Shown piece after piece: positions 50,193 to 61,672 of a stretch of DNA of 64,000 nt (its first letter is position 1; every line of letters begins with the position of its first letter). A program made the position numbers and the translations under genes. The DNA is from a virus (taxonomy: Duplodnaviria > Caudoviricetes): IMG/VR virus record IMGVR_UViG_3300020045_003390, positions 15,312 through 79,311 of that record; one strand, 5' to 3'. Under the pieces are notes generated by a model that saw nothing but the letters and a program-made list of their open reading frames with translations, was not told the origin of the DNA and made no database searches.

Positions 50193-50246
50193 CCTTTTTA
50201 CACAAGGTGTGTAACTTTTTCTCTCTTTGGGTTGTAACCTTTTTAC
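50187..50246 (+). repeat. Three iteron-like direct repeats
   Basis: TTGTAACCTTTTTAC at 50187 and 50232 plus GTGTAACTTTTT between; TGTAAC at 50188, 50210, 50233. Confidence 0.75.
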
Positions 50247-50645
50247 GCACTAATAAGAAAGAAGGAGTAAGAAAGAGAATAATAAGAAAGATTGTATTTT
50301 AAGAAAGGAATAATTATGTTTGTGATTACAAAAGAATGGTTTGACTCCAATAGGGACTTTGTTAGTGGTTTAAATCGTGCTCAAGCAGACGCTGTAGATG
50401 TACCTTACCCATTAAAGAAGGGTTGGAAAATTGATGTACTTGGAAAGAATATTACTCTAGAGCAAAAAGAGAACTTTGAAAAACTTAAAGGTTGTGTGTA
50501 CTCCGTAAGGAAGAAACGAATCAAGTCTTCCAGAACTATCAAGTCCCTTGAGTCAGAAAGAGAAGTTCTTGAACTACAGCTTGAGATTGCAAGGATGAAA
50601 GTTGAACTTAAGAAATTGAACAAGAAAGCTAAGTAGCGCTTGCAC

Positions 50646-50677
50646 CTCCTATGGCATCCAAGCTGTAGGAGGTTTTT
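50646..50677 (+). terminator. Intrinsic terminator
   Basis: CCTCCTA/TAGGAGG stem followed by TTTTT. Confidence 0.8.
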
Positions 50678-50745
50678 ATTTGTCTGAAAGACTTCTATAT
50701 GTCTGTTGTGTAAGCACAACAACTAAAAGTAAACACAAAAACATC

Positions 50746-53700
50746 TTGACTGCATACGAAAATCTGGTACAGTACGTTCTATCGCAAACAACTTTAGGAG
50801 AGAGCAGTGAAGATCGTTGAAACAGAATTTTACATTTCTTGGATTCAAGCCAACCCTGAACTTTATCAGAAGTTCTTTTCTGAGTTCATGGAAAAGCACC
50901 AATCATCGCACAGGATCAGTTCTGAGGCCCGTAATGGAAGTAAGATCGTTATAATTGCAGAGTATAAAGATTACACAGAATAAACATCCTGTGTACAATA
51001 CATCATTACAAAACAGCAGATGTTGTACTAATCAAACGGTACGAAGTTAATTTAAAGGAGTAGCCAAATGAATAAGCGAATCAAGGAACTGATTGACCAA
51101 TGCACAGAAACCTTTACATCATACGTTGATGGTCGTGGTAACATTACCGAGACTTACTTCAATAAGGACAAGTTCGCGGAACTGATCATCAAAGAGTGTG
51201 CACACATTGCATGGTTGAACACCCCTGATGAGAACATCGCACACCTCAAGATTAGAAAACACTTTGGAATTAAGGAGTAAATCATGAAGATGAAACTGTA
51301 CTATGTCGTGGAAGATTTAGGCTATGAGGCGATTGATTACGTAGCAGGGCCATTCACTTTTGATGGTGCTCGTGCTTACAAGGAAAAACTTCTCAACCCT
51401 TGTGCTTACAGTATTGTTGATCAAACTGTAGAAGTAGATTACTAATCTCAAGTAAAATTCAAGGAATTTAACCTCATGTACCACCTCGTAAAACACCGCT
51501 GCTTTTACTACGTGTACTTCGCTGATGTAAAAATCTCCGAAGGGTCGTATTTGGTGCAAGCTGAGAGAGAAGTTGCAAGGTTGATTGCTTTGTGTTACAG
51601 TACAGACATCTAAACAAACTTTGAAAGGACCCTAAAATGCTCTTCGCCTTCCTTGTATTCTCCTCTATCTTTACTGCATATTTATCCTGTGTCTGGAACA
51701 CAAGAAATGCTACGAATATTTTTGTCAAGATGTACTTGCTGCTGTTGGCGGTATACTTCGGGTACAATGCATTCGTGCATCCTATTTTTCAATCTATTCT
51801 GTAAGAGGAACCTACTATGACTATCGCAACTGACATGGGATTTAAGATTGGTGAACTGTATCGTGTTGTTGCCCATAACGGATGCTCGTATTACGCGCAG
51901 GATATGGTTCTGAGGTTTAAAACTGATGATGACAGTGACTCTCCTTGGTTTGAGTACGTTTCTGGGCCAGAAGGGTTTAATAAAACACCAGATGGTCTTA
52001 TCGCTGTCTCTCTGAACACCCTTGCACCAGCAAAACAGCAAAACAAATCTCTTCTCCTCTTGTACATCCAGCAACAATACCCAGATGACAAGGTGTTGAA
52101 GGCTCTGGTAGAATCTCTTTAAAAAGGAATAATCATGAAAGTAACCAAAACCCAAGCTGAACCAGCATTCCAACCTATCGAACTCAAGATTACAATCGAG
52201 AGTGCAGAGGAACTTCGTGTGTTGAAAAATATTACAGCAGCAAACCAGACAAATGCTCAGGCCATGACTATTGAAGGTACTCTTTCGTCTTATAATGTAG
52301 ATACAGTTGCCAACATATTGGCTGAGATTTATAAAGCACTCTAAAACCCACCAGAAAGCCCTACAAGCCACTAACAGCAGAAAGCTAAGGGGTGTGTAGC
52401 CTGAAAGACTACAACCTTGTTGTAGGCGCTATAAAGGCGCTAGAGAGGCTTATAAAACGTTTAAATCAATATGAAAGGAAAAGTATGATCCTAACCCCAG
52501 CAGTTCTAAAGAAACTCAACGAAGTTCCACTTGAGGTGTCCTTATGGAATGGTAACTTCAACAAATGCGTTGTTGAGAAAACAATCAACCGAAGGAACTA
52601 TCGTATTGAAGTAAAAGATGCTCACCCCCTTGTTCAACAGTTTGTAATGAAATCTGTCATGGAGCAGCCTATAGAAGTTTGGTACAATTACCGCATGGTT
52701 AACTACAAGAATGCCCCCATCCCATATGAACTTCTTCCTCTGATTGACAAAATGAAAACAGTGTGTAAAATGCAAGAAGATCAGGCACTTGAAGTTTACG
52801 CAGGTATGCAAGATTGTGTTAAACAGTTTCGTAGAGATTTTTACGGAGAAGATTAAATTTATTTAAAGGGTGAAAATCATGTCAGAACAGGAAAAACTTC
52901 TATATAATCTCATCAAGGACTTCGTTCATGCTGTACGAATTGATCGGCATGATTGGGAAGATTGGCCTGATGATTCCCGTGAAGCTTTTGAGAAAATGCT
53001 CAAGTGGGCTAAGAATAATTGATTAATAATTTAAAAGGAGTAAAACATGACTAAAGTGACTATTAAACCAAGCACAGGACTTCAACAACCAGTGGAACAT
53101 CAGATTGGTAATTGGTATAAGACTAACGATGATGAGTACGTATTGCTAGCTAATGTTCAAGCGAAAGCTGTGTTAGTCTACATAGATGGTAACTTCCATA
53201 CTAATCCGGTAGAATACTGTGCTTTTCAAACACTTACCCAAGAAGAATTCAATAAATGCTGTGGTAACACGCAGGGTGAGTTCCACTTAGTTCCTAACAT
53301 CACAATCTCAGAGGAATAAACATGCAAGTAAAACAAATCAATACCCAACCAGCCTTCAAGCCAATCTCATTTGCACTCACCTTCGACACAGCAGAAGAAC
53401 TTGCTGTAATCCGTGATATGCTAGGCTGGGATTCAAGTATTCCTGAGCTTGTATACCCAGGGGATATACGCACACAGAGGGTACTGATTGCAACGATGAA
53501 GAGTATTTTTGATGTTATTTGTGATGTAGAATAAGGGGAGTAAACCTTGCTAAAAGAACAAAACAAAAATTATGGGGTTATTCCCACTGCAAATACATTG
53601 GAACAGGACTTCTTTTATTACGTCAATAAAGAAGATGAAGATGAAGCCTTTGAATCTTTGGGGTATAATCCAAGGTGTGTGAATAACACAGAAGATGATT

Positions 53701-56700
53701 TTCGGGTTAATAAGTTTTGGTAATTTATAAAGGATTAAACATGCAATATACAGACGAACAAAACGAAACTCAAATCAACCCAGACGATATCGCAGGATAC
53801 ATCATTCGACGTAGCCCTACTTCACGATTGCTTTTTAATGTCTACGCAGTATCCCCCAAGGATGAACTTCTGTTCTGTGCAGCAAGTGATCTTAGTGCTG
53901 AGAAAGCTATGGCGTTTGCTGAGGCTTTGAATGAGGAGTACTATCCGGCGGTTCCTACGCCAACAGAGGCTGCATTTATTGAGGTTGGAGGGGTGGAGAA
54001 GGTTTATAACATTACTAGTACAACAAAGGGTTGATATGATTACTTATGAAGCCTTTTGCAAAATGTACCAACATATCAATCCTCATCCTACTCCGGGGGA
54101 TTTCAAGAATCTGAAACCAGGGATTACTAAAGTTCCTCCTACTAAGCATATTGCTGTATCTGTTGGGGCAGTTCACCAACTTATGCACATGAAGCCAATT
54201 CACTCTGATGGTTTGGAAAACATTAATAATCTTGATTGGGAGCTTTTCACAGTCAGCTACGAAGGGGTTATTGAAGGTGTAAATTACTACTGGGGTATGT
54301 TCGTAGAAGGAATTGGGGCTTTCAATGTAATGGTGGTCAAAGAATTTACCCGAGAACTTACACAGCAAGAACGGGACACTTGGAGTAAGAAAACACTTGG
54401 TATGTATGGTTCTCACTCTGGGAAACTTTCTTACACTTTTTCATCTGGTGTGGGGGGCCAGTTAACATGAAACCAACTGACACCCTCTCTGGCTTTGTTC
54501 GTACAATCAATCTCTTAGGACATGGAAAGGATAAGCAGCCTTACGAAAAGAGTAAAAGCAAAGAAAAGCGCAAGGATTATTCTAATGAGAGAAATAAGAA
54601 AAGGAACTGGGAATGAAAGTATTTTATAAATCTATCATTAACGAAATTAATGAACTTGCTATCAAGTACTACAAAGAAAATGGTATTCATCCAACCCATG
54701 CAGAAATAACAAAGGGAGAGTGGAACTTACTAAAGAGTGAACTGCGTAAAAATGGTATGATTTTTGAAAATGCTCCTGATTTTAGTCGTTGTATGATTCT
54801 TGGCCTTTTGATTGAGGTTAAGTAATGAAGATTAACAAAACACTTAAAGCATTTATTTATGCCCTTTTGACAGTTATTCTCGCATGTGTTCTTGCTGCTG
54901 GTATTATTTGTCTTAAACTTTTCTTTGGCCCTACAGGGATACTAATTCTCTACGGTACGTTTGTTTTGGTGGCCTTGACTTGCATGTTCCGGGTAGTATC
55001 CAATGACTAAACCCCTACCCGTTAAGGAGCGTGACATCGTTCAGATTCTCCCAGGTTGCCCCTTCAGTTCTTTGGTGCACTCCAAAGGAATTGTCCGAAG
55101 TTCTTTAGGTCTTATGAGTTGTATTGTAGAATTTCCTACGGAGAAACGTAGCCAAGACTTTGATACAATGGAGGTGCTTCAAGGAAAGTTCTGGTGCATT
55201 CATTGGAAGTATCTGCGAGTAATTGAGAGTGCTTATGATGATAGACTTGGGGAACTTGAGCACAAGATACAAGACCTTGAGGATAATTTAGTGTTCTCTC
55301 AAAGCTGTTTGTCAATGAGTGAACAACTCAGGGATCAGCAAGCGGATTTGATTGAAAGGCTTGTAGAAGAGCTTGACATTTTGAAAGCAAAGGTTTATCA
55401 CCTGAGCAATGGTAACAACTAACGAAAGGAAAATCATGTTTTATCATTATTCACAAAATAACTCAGGTGGAAGTTTCATTTTCAATGAAGAAGATGGGAT
55501 TACACATCATGTTGTGATTGAAGCTGGCTCTGTAGGTGAGTCTCACAAGAGGGCACAAAATATTGGGCTGTACTTTGATGGTCGTTCTGAAGGGTTAGAC
55601 TGTGACTGTTGCGGGGATCGTTGGTATGCGTTGGGATGTGAAGACGGGGATGAAAAACCCTCTGTCTATGGTTCTGTATTGGGCATTAAGACTAAAGAAG
55701 GCTGGGGATGGATGAAGGATGGTTATGAGACTGTTGTTCATTTCAAAGATGGAACCAAGAAATGGTACGGAAATGACAACGTAGAGAACACTAATACTTA
55801 AGAAAGGAAGACATATGCCAGACACCAAGAAACTTAATGCAGCAGTTGCTATTATTAGTTTGCAACTTATGGATGCACAAGGTGGGCTAACTGAAGAGGA
55901 AGTATCAAAGGTAACAACATTGTGTGATCGTCTTATTGAGACAGACTTGTACAAAGAAGATGGTGAGCATCAAAATAAGTCTTGCATCCAGCACGCAATC
56001 AAACTGATTGAAGAATACCTAGAGGAAGAAGGGGTTTGATCGTGATTGAATCTCAAGACCAACTAACCAACGCTAAACTTTCCATCTACCTCTTGATGTA
56101 CTCTATCATCAAGGTAAATCCTAGTTACTTCAGTGAAGATGTGTATAAAGCTGTCTCTTTGCATGAAAAGGATTTCATTAAGCAAGTACAAAATATGGAT
56201 GAAGGTGTTACAATTAATGATTTATTAGTTAGTTTATTTGAAAAAGAAAGGATGCACTGATGATTGAACCAACTTGGCTAACAGGGCCAGAACCTACACA
56301 AGAACGAATATTTGCAGAGTGGTTAAACACTAAAAGAGATTTTACAGTCCAAGAAGTGTTTCATGAAATTATGCAATGGTATGCCAAAAAACCTTACTTA
56401 AAGGAACAACATGACCACATCGGTTAAAGATATCACAGAACTTGTTGACTTGCATTGCACAAGCATTCGTTTCACTGAACTCGATAGGCTTCTCAAGAAG
56501 TTAGATCATGAAGACTTGGATGTACTTCGTGCTATGTTTGAAGAGGTTTATGATCCAATAGAAGCAATTGCGGATGCGTACATACAAGACTTACAAGATG
56601 AATATTACGACAAGGGTTACAAGGAAGGATATGATGTCGCTGTTTCTGAAATTAAAGCAGATGATCGTTATGAAGAGGGTTACTCGGATGGGTACAACAA

Positions 56701-59553
56701 GGGTTATGCAGATCACGAGTAAATTTCAAAAATTCTTAGCAGTATTCCTACTTGTTTTCTTAATTTCATACCCCTCCTTTATCTCTACCAAAAGTTCAGA
56801 TATCGGGGGTGTTTTTGTTTCAGAAGATCACAAAGAGTTCAACTGCATCGTCAACGGATTGTGGCATGAAGCTCGTGGAGAACCAGAAGCAGGCATCAGA
56901 GCAGTCATGTCAGTTATTTACAACAGAAAGAACCACAAAGACTACCCTTCTTCCTTTTGCGGGATTATACTCCAGCACAAGCAGTTCAGTGCTTTTGATA
57001 ATAATAAAGAGCTAGCTACAAAGGCTTTAAAGCCCACAGGATCAAAAGATAAGCGAGCGCATAGATTGGTATCATATGTAGCACATCAGGTGATCCTAGG
57101 TCGTTTTGAGCCTGTTCTGGAGAGGGATGTGTTGTTTTATTCGCATGTTAGCGTGAAGAATCGGTGGACGAGACGGATGAAGGTGGTTATGATTTTGAAG
57201 TCGCATCAATTTTTAAAGGAGATTTAAATGAAGGAATTATTTGAGATTGAACCCGAGCTGGAGGGCTACGAACGTAATGGTCGTGAACCAAGTCTTCGTT
57301 CATTGATTTTTAATTACTACCGTGAACACTGTAGTTTTGGTGATGCTGTGGTACACACTAATCAATACATAGATGCAGTTATTAAACAATCAAAGGAGTA
57401 AATCATGTCATTCAAAGTTGGAGATAAAGTCAAGTGCATTGATAATGAATACGTTGAAGATTTTTTCACTCTTGGTGAAACTTACGTAATTGATGAAGTA
57501 CAACAGGATGGTCACATCGGTTTTCTACACACTGGTTATACTTTGTGGCATTCAGATCGTTTTGAACTTATCGAAAAGGAAAAAGATATGGAAAAGCAAT
57601 TCAACCCCCAACTAGGGGATAGGATCATCTGTAATAACGGTGAAGAGTATACTTGCTGTACTCTGGAGTTTTTGCAGGAAAATATTGCATCAGGGATTGA
57701 TAGTACTAAACCTATTCTTGGTTACAGTTCACATGGTTGGTGTGGGTGGTGGGCCAATGGTAAATATGACAGTCTCTTATCAGAGTGGACCATCCGAGAA
57801 GTAATCTCACAGAAGCGAGAGCAACCTTTACCAGAAGAAACAGAAGTTAAACCAGAAATCACATACTCAGTAGAAGACATCCGAAAAGCCGTCATTGATG
57901 ATCTTGGTTGGCAGAATTTATCTCTTGATTTGATTATGAAAGCGTTAGATAGGGTTACTAACCCTGAGTACAATGAGTACCTTCGGTTGAAGGCTATGTT
58001 TGAAAGTGCAGAAACGGATGAGGAATAAGGAGTAATACTATGAAATTTAAAAAAGGTGACACTGTTAGAATTATTAGTCAAGAATCGACTTTTCATTCTT
58101 TTGGTATCGTTCGTCAAATGGAGAGAATACTTGGTACAATACAAGTCGTTGATGACGATGAAGAGTATGGTGATGAAGGTGGGTATGAAATCAATGGTTA
58201 TACTTGGCATGAAGATGACCTAGAACTAGCCAGTGCTCCTGCTAAAGAGAAGTCCTACGTACGACAACATATCCTTGATTTGATTGAACGTATTGCACAA
58301 GAGTTTGATGTTGAGTGGAATGGAGATTCTGATACAGTAGAAGAGTCTTTCATATTGAATGGGTGTGCAGAAACTATTCGTTCGTACAAGGCAGACTATG
58401 AATAGAACAGACCTAATCACCCTAGCAGAATCCATTGGGCTTCTTTATCCGAATGATAATCCTTCATTGGACTATAACTCTCCTGCACACATGAGATTAA
58501 TTTCTAAGTTAGAGAAGCTTGCTCAGGAGTGCTATGATAATGGGTTTGCTTCTGGGTGGGATGAAGCCAAGGAAGTCTACGAAGAAAAGTCAAATTTCTT
58601 GTAGCAAAAGGTAGAAGTATTCTGGATTAAATAGGAGGACACATGCAGACTACAGACAATATTGACTTCATTGACTACGACAAGTACGATGAGTCTGATT
58701 TAGATGTACGTGCTTACTTTGGTGGTAGGGGAGGGGGTAAGGCAAAGTCTCACTTTGAAGCCCAAACAAAGCATTATTACTTCCCTTATCAGGACTCACA
58801 AGGAAATGAGCAAGAGTTGATTACACATGTTGAGTGCTTGTATAGAGTCACTCATGGCACATTCAGTCCAACAGAGGACTCAGACTGGGACTTCCGTGGC
58901 TATACAGACCTTGTATCGTGGGATGTACTGCAGGTAGAAAACAACAAAGGAGATGAGGTTGATCCTGAAAAGGTGTTGACACCAGAGCAGTTTTTGGAGT
59001 ATAGTCAAGTCTTGGATTCATTTATAGGAGACTAATCGTGCAACAATTCAAATTCAATCATAATGACTACGTTACAGTTACCTTGACTAAAGAGGGGGCT
59101 GAGCATCTTTCTCAGATAAGACATGAATTCAATTGTTGTTATCCTCAATTAGAACCTAGGAGTACTTCATATGAAGAAGGTGATTTGTATAGGTCTCAGT
59201 TTTGGTCATTGATTAATGATTTTGATGAGATGCTGCACCTTGGTATGATGTCTCCGTTTAAACTTGGAGAGATTACAGTTGAGAGCAGCCTAGAAGGCTT
59301 AGGCGAAGCCTAGTAGTCTAGAAAATTGAATAATCTTAAAGGAAAACCTATGAATATTCAGGAATTACAATCAGAACGTGATGCTTTGCAGAACCGTTTG
59401 CGGAGTATTATTCAAGAAGAGTTGGATCAATTTCAGAATAAAACTGGAGTTGGTGTTAATTCAGTGATGAGTTATCTTGTAAGCTTTCAAACAATTAGTG
59501 GAACAAAAGCTACATATATTATTAATAAAGTGCAAGTAGATTTGGACATTTGA
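50746..59553 (+). CDS. Early region: about 30 small hypothetical genes behind a TTGACT-16-TACAGT promoter (50746-50773)
   Basis: Dense + strand ORFs with AAGGAG-type RBSs; mostly no recognisable function. Confidence 0.65.
56706..57227 (+). CDS. SleB-like cell wall hydrolase (Hydrolase_2) with N-terminal membrane anchor
   Basis: LWHEARGEP...AVMSVIYNR...YP...C.II.QHKQFS; LFY...H.FL. Confidence 0.85.
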   Translation: MQITSKFQKFLAVFLLVFLISYPSFISTKSSDIGGVFVSEDHKEFNCIVNGLWHEARGEPEAGIRAVMSVIYNRKNHKDYPSSFCGIILQHKQFSAFDNNKELATKALKPTGSKDKRAHRLVSYVAHQVILGRFEPVLERDVLFYSHVSVKNRWTRRMKVVMILKSHQFLKEI

Positions 59554-59613
59554 AAATTCTTATAGCAAAAGCAAATATCTTGTAGGAATTGCTGGAAAAT
59601 CTCAGAAACATCC

Positions 59614-59642
59614 TTGATTTTACTACCGTTTCGGTATATACT
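59614..59642 (+). promoter_or_regulatory. sigma70 promoter with palindrome in spacer
   Basis: TTGATT-17 nt-TATACT; TACCG-TTT-CGGTA in spacer. Confidence 0.65.
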
Positions 59643-60069
59643 GCATTTCTGCTTGATAACACCGAAGATAGAGCATTTCAGTAATAATTATTAATGGAAG
59701 CAAACCATGTGTAATAAACCACTAGAGGATAACAACTTATGAAACTACTGATTAACGAACAATTAACATTGACTTATTTATATGACTGTCAACCAGAATC
59801 ATTTGAAGAAGACGCTTCAGAACTTTATAATGACTTTTTAGAGAATGAAATTAAAATACTGCAAGCATTCAATGTTGATCATGCATTCATAAACAACTAC
59901 ACATCTTGCAATCTCATCTTATACCCTCAGAAAGTCACTTTAGATGAGGTGGCTATGAATACGTTGTTTTCTTGTGTGTTACAATCTTTTGATACACCAT
60001 ATAATATTAGGTATGTTTGCTTAGGTTATATGGGTTGTGATTTTTCTTTTGAGTTATTCATTTAATATA

Positions 60070-60122
60070 AACCCCTTGATTTATTTCTCTTAACCGGGAA
60101 GTAACCAAGGGGTTTCTTTTTG
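60070..60122 (+). terminator. Intrinsic terminator
   Basis: AACCCCTTG...CAAGGGGTT followed by TCTTTTT. Confidence 0.7.
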
Positions 60123-61147
60123 TTGATGAAAATTCCTATTACTGTATTTGAAATTATATGGCAAAGAAAATCAAATGAAAAACCGCATAGGGCGAGGCGG
60201 CTATGGGTGGTTTAGTACATAGGAATTCCTACATTTCCCCTTCAAAAACCCACATAGTCTAAACTTCAATAAAAAATCCTATGGGGGTGCTGGAAATAAA
60301 ATGGTATAGGGGCCCGATTTCATCAAATTTGCAGGATTTTGACAAATTTTGTCAATTTCTACCAAATAGCAGGATTTACCCTTGATTTGCATTGGCAAAC
60401 CATCAGGTAAGCCGAATCGACGCACTAGAATCACTCAGGATCAATGAACAGGACTAGGGTGATATGGGTATGGCTTGGATGGTCTATCGTTGATCCTAGG
60501 GCGTTTAAATCGATGCATTGTAAAGTGAACCTAAAGGGTGAACGGGTTTGTAAAGTACAAAGTATTTTCAGGTTTAGGGGTTGACACGGGTAAAGTTATG
60601 ATAGAATTTCAGCACACAAACCAACAGAGCTATACACTATGAACATCTACGACAAAGCTTATGACCGCGCTGCAAAAATGGCCGCAAAAGCTCAGCCAGG
60701 GCATATGACTATTGACGGTAAGATTTATACTTTTGTTTTCTGCCAGCGTGAATGGCACTATGAGATTTATGAGGACGGTTTTCTGCTCATGCAAGTAAAG
60801 GAGTTCACCTTAGCAAAAGCTAAAAAATATTTACAGTGGTGGCTTGCAAACTGAATTTATGCTAGAATTTAGGCCGGATCAATCAACTACTGGAGATATC
60901 ACCATGCAAAGCCACCATCTTATTGACTGGATCAACACAAGCCCAACAGGAGTAAAAGCCCCAAACAATGAATTCAAAGCTGGATATGCTTCAGCCGTAG
61001 AGGATGATCCATTGTTTACCCTTGACGGTAAGACACCTGAATTTATTGCTGGCTTTACACAATGCTTGTATGAACAGGAATTGTTAGCTGGCAACGAAGA
61101 TACGGACTCATTTGATTATTAACATCTATTCAACCGGAGTAAACACC

Positions 61148-61537
61148 ATGGCAACACCTGACCAAATCGACACAACCACAAAGCATTACCTTATTGCACT
61201 CCTTTGGACTATGCCGGGTGATGATGAATGTGAAACCCCTGGGGACAACATTTGGTATGATGATTTGCCGGATGAAACAATAGACGAAGCAAAAGCAGAC
61301 GTTACCTGTTTTGTTGAATTGTGTGGGTCATTGTTTGATCAAACTATGGAATGCTTTAGTGAAGCTGCATTCGGGCATGATTTTGCATTGACACGTAACC
61401 GCCAAGGTGTAGGCTTTTGGGATAGATCAAACGAGGGTTTGCCTAAGTTTTTAGGGGATGCTTTGACCCGTGTTTGTCAAAAGAACTTTAGCGAAGCTGA
61501 TCTATACATTGGAGACGATGGAAAAGCGTATTTCTAA
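61148..61537 (+). CDS. Acidic early protein (GHDF-x-LTRN-x-x-G-x-GFWD family)
   Basis: RBS GGAG; about 20% Asp/Glu by hand count. Confidence 0.7.
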   Translation: MATPDQIDTTTKHYLIALLWTMPGDDECETPGDNIWYDDLPDETIDEAKADVTCFVELCGSLFDQTMECFSEAAFGHDFALTRNRQGVGFWDRSNEGLPKFLGDALTRVCQKNFSEADLYIGDDGKAYF

Positions 61538-61605
61538 GGGTTTACACCTAGAAAATAATTCATTTAGACGTATTGACAAGCCCTTCAAACAGCCTATAAT
61601 TCAAA

Positions 61606-61672
61606 GCATCAAACAAGACAAACAGCGAAACACCCAAGGGCAAGCGATACGTGCCCGAAGCTGACAGGATGC
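61606..61672 (+). ncRNA. Putative structured leader or small RNA
   Basis: Nested stems GCATC/GATGC, CAGC/GCTG, GGGCA/TGCCC starting about at +1 of the 61573 promoter; no ORF before the next promoter. Confidence 0.45.

Noticed and set aside
51682-52371. 229-aa minus-strand ORF in the early region
   Set aside because: Overlaps three + strand genes with good RBSs; composition is shadow-like.
53547-53560. CTTGCTAAAAG as another copy of the TAGCAAAAG motif
   Set aside because: It is the TTG start region of a small ORF after a GGGGAG RBS.
56640-56722. GY-x-x-GY repeats as FliH or other flagellar homolog
   Set aside because: Low-complexity helical repeat common in small phage proteins; no other support.
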